In this document: positions 26,766-36,123 of the stretch, in pieces
Layout: every line of letters begins with the position of its first letter
How positions within the stretch are numbered: position 1 is the first letter of the stretch
From: Pyrinomonadaceae bacterium
GTDB taxonomy: Bacteria; Acidobacteriota; Blastocatellia; Pyrinomonadales; Pyrinomonadaceae
NCBI GenBank assembly: GCA_036387475.1
Contig: DASVTR010000020.1
Coordinates: 117,870-181,869 of the forward strand
Length of the DNA: 64,000 bases
Direction of reading: 5' to 3'
Made by a program: the position numbers and the translations under genes
Notes under the pieces: generated by a model
What the model saw: the letters and a program-made list of their open reading frames with translations, nothing else
Database searches by the model: none
Told to the model about the DNA's origin: nothing

Positions 26766-27683
26766 ATGTCACCGCAAGCCGCGCCGCAGCCTCGAATCGC
26801 CACGCCGTCATCATTCGTCGTGAGTGATACAGCCCCTACGGCTGCGCCGACAATCGAGAGACTGGCAAACGGCCTTGAGAAAGAAGTCCTGGCTTTCCTT
26901 GCCAAACGGCCTCTTCACACCGTCTGGATGTCCGGGCTGATACGCGATAATGGCCTCGTCAGTTCTTTGAATCGCGGCGTCTTTTATGCTTGCCGGAATG
27001 CTGCTGGCGAGATTGAAGGCATCGCGCTGATCGGACATGCGACCCTCTTTGAGGCACGCACGGGCGCGGCGCTGATGATGTTCGCACGCCTCGCGCAAGG
27101 CCACGCGCGCGCACACATGCTGCTCGGCGAACAGGAGCAGATCGCGCAGTTCTGGCAACACTATGCAGAGGGCGGGCAGGCGGCGCGCGTCTCCTGCCGT
27201 GAGTTGCTGTATGAGATTCGCTGGCCCATCGAAGTGCATCGTAGTGTTAAAGGCTTGCGGCTGGCGACGCTCGCAGACCTTTCGCCGGTGATGTTGGCCC
27301 AGGCCGAGATGGCTTGCCATGAAAGCGGCGTTAATCCTATGCACACAGACCCGGTCGGCTTTCGCTTGCGCTGTGCCCGCCGCATAGAGCAGGGACGCGT
27401 CTGGGTTCTGGTCGAGAATGACGAACTCGTCTTTAAGGCAGATATTATTTCCGAGACGCCGGAGGTCATCTATCTCGAAGGCGTCTACGTCTCTTCCCAG
27501 GCGCGCGGGCAGGGCTATGGCTTGCGTTGCCTCTCGCAACTGAGTCGTAATCTGCTGGCGCGCGTCGCGTCCCTTTGCCTGCTCGTCAACGAGCAGAACA
27601 AGGACGCCCAGGGCTTTTATCAAAGCGCAGGTTTTCAGTTTCGTTATCGTTACGAAACAATCTTTTTGCAGCAGCCCCGCTAG
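26766..27683 (+). CDS. GNAT family N-acetyltransferase (two-domain)
   Basis: Acetyl-CoA motif SQARGQGYGLRCL. An upstream TTG at 26751 is also possible. Confidence 0.7.
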   Translation: MSPQAAPQPRIATPSSFVVSDTAPTAAPTIERLANGLEKEVLAFLAKRPLHTVWMSGLIRDNGLVSSLNRGVFYACRNAAGEIEGIALIGHATLFEARTGAALMMFARLAQGHARAHMLLGEQEQIAQFWQHYAEGGQAARVSCRELLYEIRWPIEVHRSVKGLRLATLADLSPVMLAQAEMACHESGVNPMHTDPVGFRLRCARRIEQGRVWVLVENDELVFKADIISETPEVIYLEGVYVSSQARGQGYGLRCLSQLSRNLLARVASLCLLVNEQNKDAQGFYQSAGFQFRYRYETIFLQQPR

Positions 27684-27850
27684 GCCACTCAATTCAACAC
27701 GCGCTAAACCAGAGCGGCACGCTCGCAGAGAAGCAAGAGCTTGACTCTTACTTCTCTGCGAGCGTTTCTCTTTTGCGCGCGCGACAATGAATGACCATTG
27801 ACGGGCTGCCGTGTGCGGGTGTAGAACGCCAGCGAAGATTTTTACCGCCG

Positions 27851-27930
27851 GATGAAGGATGAAACAATTGGTTCATTTGCTCATTGGTTCATTGATTAAA
27901 TGAATCGACGAACGAATTCTTTCTTCATTC
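27851..27930. repeat. degenerate heptamer hairpin (GATGAAG / TTCATTG units)
   Basis: gatgaaggatgaaa...ggttcattgatt aaatgaatcg...ttcttcattc. The pairing is imperfect and needs G-U pairs and bulges. Confidence 0.5.
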
Positions 27931-27970
27931 CTGCTTGTTCTTATCATAGAGGATTGCGAAATTGTCTCTG

Positions 27971-28996
27971 ATGCTACAGGAAATCGCCGAGCAACCGGCG
28001 GCGCTTGAGAGGACTATCACTGAGGAGCGCGGCAAGGTCGAGCGGCTGGGCAGTTACCTGAAAGAGCGCGACGTGGATTTAATCGTGTTGGTGGCGCGCG
28101 GCAGTTCCGACAACGCTGCGCTCTTCGGTCGCTACTTGCTGGAAATCACGACCGGCATCCCCGTCTCGCTCTCAGCGCCTTCGGTGCACACGATCTACAA
28201 AGCGAAGTTGAAATTACAGCGCGCGCTCGTCGTCGGCGTCTCTCAATCGGGCGAAGGCGAAGACATCAACCGTGTCTTGGAAGGCGCACGCGCGCGCGGA
28301 GCTTACACCGTCGGCATCACGAATGAAGCTGCCTCGACGATGACGAGCGTGGTAAACGATACGCTGCTGATGCACGGCGGGCGTGAGCGTTCCGTCGCCG
28401 CCACCAAGACTTTCACCGGACAGATGATGCTCTTTTACATGCTGGCGGCGGCGCTTGCAGAGTCTGCGGCTGCTCCCGCCTACGAAGCCATCCCGGAGTT
28501 GGCAGCCCGCGCGCTCGAACAGCAAGAGGCAATCAGCGAGTTGGTCGAACGCTACGTCTTTATGGAAAACTGCGTCGTGGTGGGACGCGGCTTAAGCTAT
28601 GCCAACGCTTACGAGTTGGCGCTGAAGTTGATGGAGACCTGCTACGTAGTGGCCGAGCGTTTTTCGTCGGCAGACTTTTTGCACGGGCCGCTGGCGATGG
28701 TCGAGCGCCACTTCCCGGTCATCTTCTTCGCTCCGCCCGGCGTCATGCTCGACGGCACACGCGAGTTGATTGAGCGCTTGAACGAACTGCGGGCCGACAC
28801 CCTTGTCATCACAAGCGAGCAGGAGTTGGCCCACAAATGCACGCGCGCCATCCTTTTGCCCGGCGAGATAGACGAGTTTCTGACCCCGATTCCGTACATC
28901 ATCCCGGGCCAACTCTTCGCCGCGCTCCTGGCCGACGCGAAGGGACTCGACCCGGACGCGCCGCGCTCGCTGTCGAAGGTAACGCGAACGCTTTAA
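27971..28996 (+). CDS. SIS-domain sugar-phosphate isomerase/aminotransferase-like protein (GlmS C-terminal / AgaS/FrlB-like)
   Basis: MLQEIAEQP start, two SIS repeats (VARGSSDNAA ... VGVSQSGEGEDI). The ORF track begins at TTG 27962. Confidence 0.75.
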   Translation: MLQEIAEQPAALERTITEERGKVERLGSYLKERDVDLIVLVARGSSDNAALFGRYLLEITTGIPVSLSAPSVHTIYKAKLKLQRALVVGVSQSGEGEDINRVLEGARARGAYTVGITNEAASTMTSVVNDTLLMHGGRERSVAATKTFTGQMMLFYMLAAALAESAAAPAYEAIPELAARALEQQEAISELVERYVFMENCVVVGRGLSYANAYELALKLMETCYVVAERFSSADFLHGPLAMVERHFPVIFFAPPGVMLDGTRELIERLNELRADTLVITSEQELAHKCTRAILLPGEIDEFLTPIPYIIPGQLFAALLADAKGLDPDAPRSLSKVTRTL

Positions 28997-29052
28997 GCGG
29001 GTCACTAAAAACATCGAACGCATCATCGAGGTTTAAGTCAGTGGGATCATCC

Positions 29053-30408
29053 ATGTCAGGGACGCTCGTTCCGGTCAAACGCACGCGTGGCCGATTGCTG
29101 CGTGTGCTCGGCGTCGGCTTTGGCATGGCCGTGACGATTGGCGGCGTCATCGGAATGGGCATCCTGCGCACGCCGGGCGAGGTGGCCGCGTATCTGCCAG
29201 AGCGTTGGCTCTTCATCGGCGTGTGGATTGCTGGCGGACTCTACGCGTTGCTCGGCACGATAAACGTCGCCGAGTTGGGGACGATGCTGCCGCGCTCCGG
29301 CGGGTTTTACATCTTCGTGCGTCGCGCTCTTGGCCCATACGCTGGTTTCATCGTCGGTTGGAGCGACTGGCTTTCGACGTGCGGGACGACCGCCATCGTC
29401 GCAATCGTGATGGGCGAATACGCGAGCAAGCTTTTTCCAAGACTGGCCGGGCAAAGTGTCAACATCGCGCTCGCAGTGACCGTCGGTTTCGCCATTCTTC
29501 AATGGCGCGGAGTGCGCTGGGGCAGCGGCGCGCAACAATTAACGAGCCTGCTCAAAGCGCTGGCCTTCATCGCGCTCATCATTGCTTGCTTCATCCTCGG
29601 CGGCGATGTTTCACAAACAAACGAACCCTTACCGCCCTTACCGACCGGCATGGCGCTCCTTCAGGCTTTGATACTGGCGATGCAGGGCGTCATTTACACT
29701 TACGACGGCTGGTATAACACCATCTACTTTTCTGAAGAGGTGCGCCGTCCTGCACGCAACATTCCGCGCTCGATGATCGGGAGCATGCTGCTCGTCACCG
29801 GCCTCTACCTGCTGATTAACCTTGCGCTGCTGTACGTCCTGCCGCTCTCCGAGATTGCCGGGGAGAATCTGGCCGTCGGCCTGGCGGCGCAGGCGATCTT
29901 CGGCCTCTATGGCGGGATGGTCATAAGCCTCCTGGCGACCGTCTCGATGCTGAGCACTATCAATGCCAACAATATGATTACGTCGCGCATTCTGTTTGCG
30001 ATGAGCCGCGACGGGCTATTCTCGCAGCGAGCGGTGAAGATCAATCGCGGCGGCACGCCGACCGTCACGCTCTTCATCAGCACTGCGACGACAGTGCTCT
30101 TTATCCTGAGCGGCAAATTTCGGAATGTGCTCGCGCTGCTCTCCTTTTTCTTCGTCATCAACTACACGATGACGTTTATCTCGGTTTTCGTCCTGCGCCG
30201 CCGCGAGCCAGACCTCCCGCGCCCCTTTCGCGCGTGGGGCTACCCCTGGACAACGCTGCTGGCGCTCGTTGGCTCTCTGGCGTTCCTCGTCGGCGCGCTT
30301 AAGAGCGACACGCGCAATAGCGTTTATGCGTTGCTCCTGCTCGCCGCTAGTTACCCTGCCTTTCTGCTGCTCAAGTGGACAAAAGCAAGTGTGAGTGATG
30401 CGGGATGA
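29053..30408 (+). CDS. APC superfamily amino acid permease
   Basis: Polytopic protein with AELGTMLPRSGGFY. The upstream part of the ORF overlaps the SIS gene and is rejected. Confidence 0.8.
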   Translation: MSGTLVPVKRTRGRLLRVLGVGFGMAVTIGGVIGMGILRTPGEVAAYLPERWLFIGVWIAGGLYALLGTINVAELGTMLPRSGGFYIFVRRALGPYAGFIVGWSDWLSTCGTTAIVAIVMGEYASKLFPRLAGQSVNIALAVTVGFAILQWRGVRWGSGAQQLTSLLKALAFIALIIACFILGGDVSQTNEPLPPLPTGMALLQALILAMQGVIYTYDGWYNTIYFSEEVRRPARNIPRSMIGSMLLVTGLYLLINLALLYVLPLSEIAGENLAVGLAAQAIFGLYGGMVISLLATVSMLSTINANNMITSRILFAMSRDGLFSQRAVKINRGGTPTVTLFISTATTVLFILSGKFRNVLALLSFFFVINYTMTFISVFVLRRREPDLPRPFRAWGYPWTTLLALVGSLAFLVGALKSDTRNSVYALLLLAASYPAFLLLKWTKASVSDAG

Positions 30409-30664
30409 TGGATGAAAGCGTGGCTGCTTGTCTTGAATCTACACGCTCTCAAAGGTTGCCGCCTTGCTCTGCTAGACATTCCAACTGTAATCCCTTAACC
30501 TCGCGCGTTCGCTCTCAGCGGTGAACTGTGAATGATAGAAAAGCATGTGCTATTCTTGAAGCTATAAGGTAATTCGCCTGCCACGCAGCGTATTGTCAGG
30601 AGGTAAACTTGTAGTGCGAGTCAGCCGGAATGGTGTAACTGGTAGCCATGCTAAATGATGACAT

Positions 30665-31126
30665 ATGAGAACAGATATTCTTGAGCGGCAAAAAGAGATT
30701 GAGAATTGGATAGCGGAACACCGCCCGAAAGCCTTTATCTGTCGTGAACTGAAATGCAAGCCGATAACGCTTGAAAGCTATCTAGGAAAGATGGGATTGA
30801 GCTATGCAGGGAACATAGGCGGTAAGAAATACAAGCGCTGTCCTACCCGTAAAAACGCACGCTTCTACTTACGCCGAGTCAGTTTTATCAGTAGCCATAA
30901 GCTGAAGCTAAAATTGCTTGAAGACGGAATGAAGAAACGTTGCTGCGAGCAATGCCACCGACAGGAATGGATGGGCGAACCAATCCCAATCGAACTCCAT
31001 CATGTTAACGGTGATAGATTTGACAATAGGCTTGGTAATTTGCTTTTACTTTGCCCTAACTGTCATGCCTTGACGGACAATCATGCGGGCAAAGGTATGC
31101 ATAGGAAGGTCAGGGATGTAGCTTGA
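30665..31126 (+). CDS. HNH endonuclease (phage/homing type)
   Basis: CCEQCH...ELHHVNGDRFDNRLGNLLLLCPNCH. G+C is about 44% (42/96 in the first 96 nt, hand count) against about 60% in the flanks. Confidence 0.85.
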   Translation: MRTDILERQKEIENWIAEHRPKAFICRELKCKPITLESYLGKMGLSYAGNIGGKKYKRCPTRKNARFYLRRVSFISSHKLKLKLLEDGMKKRCCEQCHRQEWMGEPIPIELHHVNGDRFDNRLGNLLLLCPNCHALTDNHAGKGMHRKVRDVA

Positions 31127-31130
31127 AAAT

Positions 31131-31211
31131 GCGAAAGTGGCGGAATTGGCAGACGCGCTAGGTTTAGGCCCTAGTACCGAAAGGTGTGGGGGTTCGAGTC
31201 CCCCCTTTCGC
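31131..31211 (+). tRNA. tRNA-Leu (anticodon TAG), class II with a long variable arm
   Basis: GCGAAAG acceptor, U8, ctagg-ttTAGgc-cctag anticodon arm, acc-gaaa-ggt variable arm, GGGGG-ttcgagt-CCCCC T arm. Only 5 C are present where a 5-bp T stem plus a 7-bp acceptor need 6. No CCA is encoded. Confidence 0.8.
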
Positions 31212-31314
31212 ATCAAACGTTTTTCCGTGTCGCACTGTTCGCGCGTGTGGGTTTGATTCGAGAAGAGACGCTCGTTGCACGCTACGTTGATGCGCGGCAG
31301 GCTTTGAGTTTTTA

Positions 31315-31968
31315 ATGAGCATGAGAATGAGATTTTATCGAGCAGCTATTGGAGAGATATTGCTGGCAACGGCGCTCTTGAGCGCTGGATGTAGCGGCCA
31401 CGGCGGCCATAATGCCAACTCTCCGGCGCAGCAGCCAAGCGGGCAGTCAAACACCAATGCGATGCCATCACAAGGCACACCTGCGCAAGCAACGCCTGCG
31501 CAAGTCGCGCCAGTGCAAGCGACGCCCGCGCCCGTTGGCGGCGCTGTCGATTCATTACCGATTACAGACGCGGATGCTTTCAGAGATCGCTTACTCGAAA
31601 TCGCCAGAGGCGCGCGGCCCGAATCGCAGGCAGCGTGGGCCAACGCCGAAGCGATTCGCAACGCCTGGGAGAAGCAGTATCCGAATCTGAAATTCTCTGT
31701 TTTCTACTCGATGCCCGCCGACCCGAACACCGTCTCGGCCAGCGATGCCTTTCTCATCTCCGGCGTGAGCGAAAACTTCGATCAGCTTTACGCGTTTGCC
31801 GTTGCCGATACGAAGGGCAAATGCGCGGGCGGCGTCGCGGTGATTCCCGGCGACAATGCGAATCGCAAAATCTCCGTAGAGAAAGCGCCGACCGTTTTTA
31901 AGCCTGTTGACATGTCAAGCGCCAAGACATGCAGCGGCGACGCCGCGAGCAAAAATTACAAACCCTAG
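31315..31968 (+). CDS. lipoprotein with a Pro/Ala/Gln-rich linker, function unknown
   Basis: Lipobox LLSAGCSG and TPAQATPAQVAPVQATPAPV repeats. Confidence 0.6.
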   Translation: MSMRMRFYRAAIGEILLATALLSAGCSGHGGHNANSPAQQPSGQSNTNAMPSQGTPAQATPAQVAPVQATPAPVGGAVDSLPITDADAFRDRLLEIARGARPESQAAWANAEAIRNAWEKQYPNLKFSVFYSMPADPNTVSASDAFLISGVSENFDQLYAFAVADTKGKCAGGVAVIPGDNANRKISVEKAPTVFKPVDMSSAKTCSGDAASKNYKP

Positions 31969-31979
31969 AGGAAAAAGTT

Positions 31980-33419
31980 TTGAAGACCGAAATCGTAGAC
32001 GTTTCTGAGACACGCAAAGAAATTAAGATTGAGATTGAGGCGGACGCCGTGCGCGCTGCCATGGAGCGCGTTTCGGCGCGCTATGCGAAGCTGGCTAACG
32101 TTCCCGGCTTTCGACGCGGAAATGCCCCGCAGTCTGTGATTCGCACGCGCTTCAAGGATGAGATTCGCAGTGAAGTCCTGCGCGAGTTGGTGCCGGAGGC
32201 CATCGATGGCGCGATTACGGAAAACGCGCTCGATGTCATCGGCGAACCCGAAGTTCATCTGGACAACACAGAAGGCTTGGAGAAGTTGGGCGAGCAGCCA
32301 ATCTCAGTACACGTGCATGTGGAAGTCTGGCCGCAGATCAAGCTTGGCGAGTACAGGGGGCTGGAGGCGGCGCGGCGCGTTCGTCCCGTTGCGGACGAGG
32401 ATGTAGAGCATATGCTCGAAGGCCTGCGCGAGCAATCAGCCGCGCTTCAGCCGGTCGAAGACCGTCCCTCGCAACTGGGCGACATCGTGACGGTTGATTT
32501 CAACGGCAAGTTTGTTAACGAGCCGGAAGCCGAAGAGATTAATGTTGAAGACGTGGATGTCGCGCTGGGCGGCGAGAATGTGCAACCGGAGTTTACTGAA
32601 AATCTGATTGGCGTCAGGCCCGACGATGAAAAGACGTTTACGGTCAAATACCCTGAGGATTTCACCTCCAAGGGTCTGGCCGGTAAAGAAGTCCTCTACA
32701 CCGCGCGCGTGACGGCGGTGCGCATCAAGACATTACCTGAACTGGACGACGAGTGGGCCAACAGTCTCGGTGAAGAGTTTAATTCCTTAAGCGCGCTGCG
32801 AGAGAGAGTGCGCGAGGATTTGGGCGAGCGAGCACAGCATGAAGCCAAACGACGATTGACGAGCGAAGTCATGCGCAAGCTCGTGGACGCGCACCCGTTT
32901 GAAGTGCCGCAGACTTTCGTTGAACAACAGACGAATCAGAATCTTGAGATGGTCGTGCGCGATCTGCGCAATCGCGGTATTGACCCGCGCACGCCGGAGT
33001 TGAATTGGGAGGGCGTGCGCGAGTCTTTGAAGGAGCAATCGGCGCGCGACGTGCGCGGCTCAATCCTGCTGGATCGCATCGCCGAAGCGGAAAAGATAGA
33101 GGTCACGGACGAAGAAGTTGCAGCGGAAATTGCCGAGTACGCACAGGCCACCAGACAAACGCCGGAGCAGGTGCGTGCTGCCTTGACAAAGCAGGGAGGC
33201 GAACGTAGCATCGCCGAGAGGTTGCGCAATCGCAAAGCGCTCGAATTGATTGTTGAAAATGCGCGTGTGACAGACGAAGAATGGCAAGAGGGCGCGTCCG
33301 AAGAACTCGAAGCCACCGAGCCATCAACCGACGACGGCGAAGAGGCGTTGGGCCAACCAGCGAGCGCCGACGAGAGTGAAGCTAAAGGGCAGTCAGCCTC
33401 GACGGAAAGCGAATCTTAG
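31980..33419 (+). CDS. tig: trigger factor
   Basis: ...KTEIVDVSETRKEIKIEIE..., PGFRRGNAP motif. Probable TTG start after GAGGA (start uncertain). Acidic C-terminal tail. Confidence 0.85.
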   Translation: MKTEIVDVSETRKEIKIEIEADAVRAAMERVSARYAKLANVPGFRRGNAPQSVIRTRFKDEIRSEVLRELVPEAIDGAITENALDVIGEPEVHLDNTEGLEKLGEQPISVHVHVEVWPQIKLGEYRGLEAARRVRPVADEDVEHMLEGLREQSAALQPVEDRPSQLGDIVTVDFNGKFVNEPEAEEINVEDVDVALGGENVQPEFTENLIGVRPDDEKTFTVKYPEDFTSKGLAGKEVLYTARVTAVRIKTLPELDDEWANSLGEEFNSLSALRERVREDLGERAQHEAKRRLTSEVMRKLVDAHPFEVPQTFVEQQTNQNLEMVVRDLRNRGIDPRTPELNWEGVRESLKEQSARDVRGSILLDRIAEAEKIEVTDEEVAAEIAEYAQATRQTPEQVRAALTKQGGERSIAERLRNRKALELIVENARVTDEEWQEGASEELEATEPSTDDGEEALGQPASADESEAKGQSASTESES

Positions 33420-33539
33420 CTCCGAAGGTTTGCGGGCCGTCAGCTATCAGATTAGAGGCAGAAGCCGAGGGTTCACTCATCCAGTATTTTTGTCGAACAA
33501 CGCGCTTCGCCGTGGAGTAATGAAAGGGTTAAAAGTTCT

Positions 33540-34124
33540 ATGGCTTTAGTTCCAATGGTCGTCGAGCAAACGTCGCGTGGCGAACGCGCCTTCGACATTT
33601 ACTCGCGCCTTTTGAAAGACAACATCATCTTTTTAGGCACGCCGATTGACGATCAGATTGCCAATCTCATCGTCGCGCAACTGCTCTTTCTCGAAGCCGA
33701 AGACCCGGAGAAAGACATCAACATCTACATCAATAGCCCCGGCGGATCAATTACTGCCGGAATGGCTATCTACGATACGATGCAGTTTATCCGTCCCGAT
33801 GTGACGACGATCTGCGTCGGCCAGTGCGCTTCGATGGGCGCGCTCCTGTTGACGGCGGGAGCAAAGGGCAAACGCTTCGCGCTGCCTAATTCGCGCATCC
33901 TCATTCACCAGCCTTCGGGCGGCACGCAGGGTCAGGCCACGGACATTCGCATCCAGGCCGAAGAGATTATTCGTATGCGCGAGTTGACTTCGCATATTAT
34001 CGCCAAGCATACGGGCCAGTCTTTTGAAAATGTCGAGCGCGATGTCGAGCGCGACCGCATTATGTCCGCCATGCAGGCGAAAGAGTACGGCCTGATTGAT
34101 GAAGTGATCGCACACAGAGAGTAA
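33540..34124 (+). CDS. clpP: ATP-dependent Clp protease proteolytic subunit
   Basis: [18 protein letters not shown]..., catalytic [15 protein letters not shown]. Confidence 0.95.
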   Translation: MALVPMVVEQTSRGERAFDIYSRLLKDNIIFLGTPIDDQIANLIVAQLLFLEAEDPEKDINIYINSPGGSITAGMAIYDTMQFIRPDVTTICVGQCASMGALLLTAGAKGKRFALPNSRILIHQPSGGTQGQATDIRIQAEEIIRMRELTSHIIAKHTGQSFENVERDVERDRIMSAMQAKEYGLIDEVIAHRE

Positions 34125-34128
34125 ACTC

Positions 34129-34251
34129 GATTTTGGATTTTAGATTTTGGATTTTGGATTAATTGCGCTGCGAACCCAGCCCTCTTCCAGAATCCAAGCT
34201 CAAGATTGAACGGGTCGCCAATCTAAAATCCAAAATCTAAAATCCAAAATC
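34129..34251. repeat. heptamer-built long hairpin (GATTTTG family) between clpP and clpX
   Basis: The 32-nt arm gattttggattttagattttggattttggatt (34129-34160) pairs with 34220-34251, with a single G-U. Confidence 0.85.
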
Positions 34252-34264
34252 CCCTGAGACTCTT

Positions 34265-35509
34265 ATGGTACGACGAACCGATGACACGTTGCGCTGTTCG
34301 TTCTGCGGCAAATCGCAGAATGAAGTGAAGAAGCTCATTGCCGGCCCCACCGTCTACATCTGCAATGAGTGTATAGACATCTGCAACGAAATCATTACGG
34401 ATGACCAGAACGCCGAATCTGTGGCGACACGACCGCCGCTGCCCAAGCCAAACGAGATCAAGAGCTTTCTGGACGAATACGTCATCGGACAGGAAGAGAC
34501 GAAGAAGCGCCTGGCCGTCGCCGTCTACCAGCATTACAAGCGCATCGAACTCACGCGCCGCCGTTCCGACGTTGAGATTCAAAAATCCAACATCCTCCTG
34601 ATTGGCCCAACGGGAACGGGCAAGACCCTTTTGGCCCAGACGCTCGCGCGAATGCTCTCCGTGCCTTTCACGATAGTTGACGCGACGACGCTGACCGAAG
34701 CGGGCTACGTCGGCGAAGATGTCGAGAACATTATCCTGAAGCTCTTACAGGCCGCCAACGGCGATGTCGAGCGCGCGCAGCAGGGCATCATCTACATTGA
34801 TGAAGTTGACAAGATTTGTCGCAAGGACGAGAACCCTTCGATTACGCGCGACGTGTCGGGCGAGGGCGTGCAACAGGCGCTTTTGAAAATCCTGGAAGGC
34901 ACGGTCGCCAACGTCCCGCCGCAGGGCGGACGCAAGCACCCGCATCAGGAATTCTTCCCCGTTGACACGACCAACATTCTCTTCATCTGCGGCGGCGCGT
35001 TCGTCGGTCTCGAAAAGGTCGTCGAAAAGCGGATGCGCAATAAGTCTATGGGCTTTCACGCCGAAGTGAAATCGGGCATGCACCGCCACGCCGAAGCGCT
35101 CGCCGCCGTGCAGCCGGAAGACCTCGTGCGCTACGGCCTGATTCCTGAGTTCGTCGGACGCCTGCCCGTGCTCGGCGTGCTGCATGAGTTGGACGAAGGC
35201 GCGCTGATTAAGATTCTGACCGAGCCGAAGAACGCGCTCGTCAAGCAGTATCAAAAACGGTTTGACTTCGACAACGTGAAACTCAAATTCACGGACGACG
35301 CGCTCAAGTCTGTCGCCCGCCAGGCCGTCGAGCGCAAGGTGGGCGCGCGCGGTCTGATGATGATTCTCGAAGACCTCCTGCTCGACGCCATGTACACGCT
35401 GCCCTCGCAGAAACGCATCAAGGAATTCGTTATCACCTCCGAGATGGTCGAACGACGCCGCGCCATTCCCGGCGAAGGCTTGACGGGCGTAGACGGCGCA
35501 GCCGCCTGA
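34265..35509 (+). CDS. clpX: ATP-dependent Clp protease ATP-binding subunit
   Basis: Zinc ribbon CSFCGK...CNECIDIC and Walker A GPTGTGKT. Confidence 0.95.
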   Translation: MVRRTDDTLRCSFCGKSQNEVKKLIAGPTVYICNECIDICNEIITDDQNAESVATRPPLPKPNEIKSFLDEYVIGQEETKKRLAVAVYQHYKRIELTRRRSDVEIQKSNILLIGPTGTGKTLLAQTLARMLSVPFTIVDATTLTEAGYVGEDVENIILKLLQAANGDVERAQQGIIYIDEVDKICRKDENPSITRDVSGEGVQQALLKILEGTVANVPPQGGRKHPHQEFFPVDTTNILFICGGAFVGLEKVVEKRMRNKSMGFHAEVKSGMHRHAEALAAVQPEDLVRYGLIPEFVGRLPVLGVLHELDEGALIKILTEPKNALVKQYQKRFDFDNVKLKFTDDALKSVARQAVERKVGARGLMMILEDLLLDAMYTLPSQKRIKEFVITSEMVERRRAIPGEGLTGVDGAAA

Positions 35510-35642
35510 ACCAGCGCCCACAGGCGAGCCTTGAAGGAGACTGACACCATTCACCGAGCGAGCGCTTTCCAAGCGACACTGCTGCAAGCGCGCACTCGCC
35601 AATTACCATCTACCAACTAACCGAAAGGAATCTACAGCTTCA

Positions 35643-36029
35643 ATGAAGAATGTTTCTAGGAATCCCCTGCGTAAGTTGGCGGCCCTCGTCGCCATTTGTA
35701 CGATGTCAATGCTGCTCATCCCCTCGGCTTTCGCTCAAGGGAAGCAAGACTTCACGCTGCACAATATGACGGGCGTCGCCATCACAGAGCTTTATATTTC
35801 CCCGCACAGCACAGACCAGTGGGAGGAAGATATTCTTGGGCAGGACACGCTGCCCAACGGCGAAAGTCTCGACATCACCTTCGACCGCAAGGAGAAGGCG
35901 GCCAAGTGGGACTTGAAAATCGTTGACAAAGACGGCGACAGCATTGAGTGGGAAAATCTTAACCTGCTTGAAATCTCCGAAGTCACGCTGCATTTCGAAA
36001 ATGGGCGTGCGTGGGCCGAAGTTAAATAG
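35643..36029 (+). CDS. secreted protein, unknown ~97-aa domain (paralog 1)
   Basis: Signal peptide ...LLIPSAFAQG. The domain GKQDFTLHN...WEEDILGQDTLPNG...EISEVTLHFENG is shared with the next gene. Confidence 0.7.
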   Translation: MKNVSRNPLRKLAALVAICTMSMLLIPSAFAQGKQDFTLHNMTGVAITELYISPHSTDQWEEDILGQDTLPNGESLDITFDRKEKAAKWDLKIVDKDGDSIEWENLNLLEISEVTLHFENGRAWAEVK

Positions 36030-36123
36030 CGCTGGACTGCTAGTTCACAGACAGCACAAACGGGAAAGAGCGCGGGACTTCGCTCGTACACCACTAATCC
36101 GCTAAAGGAAGATGAAAAGATAA

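Noticed and set aside
28837-29052. N-terminal extensions of listed ORFs that overlap the upstream gene: 28837-29052 before the APC permease, 39170-39538 before the 146-aa protein, 15640-15735 before the SnoaL-like gene, 24633-24725 before the S8 peptidase.
   Set aside because: The extensions run through the 3' ends of clearly real genes in another frame and are Arg/Pro-rich. Internal ATGs with SD-like sequences give products that start with sensible N-termini or signal peptides.
30616-30650. Sequence gcgagtcagccggaatggtgtaactggtagcc, resembling the 5' acceptor/D-arm of the nearby tRNA-Leu (a possible att-type duplication flanking the HNH gene).
   Set aside because: Only about 12 of the first 18 positions match. 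There is no anticodon or T-arm continuation and no cloverleaf. The similarity is within chance for a short G+C-rich string.
34129-34251. The heptamer arrays as possible CRISPR arrays or as coding microsatellites.
   Set aside because: The units are 7 nt and contiguous without spacers, and they are arranged as inverted arms. No cas genes are nearby. All copies lie outside supported reading frames, apart from overlap with stop codons.
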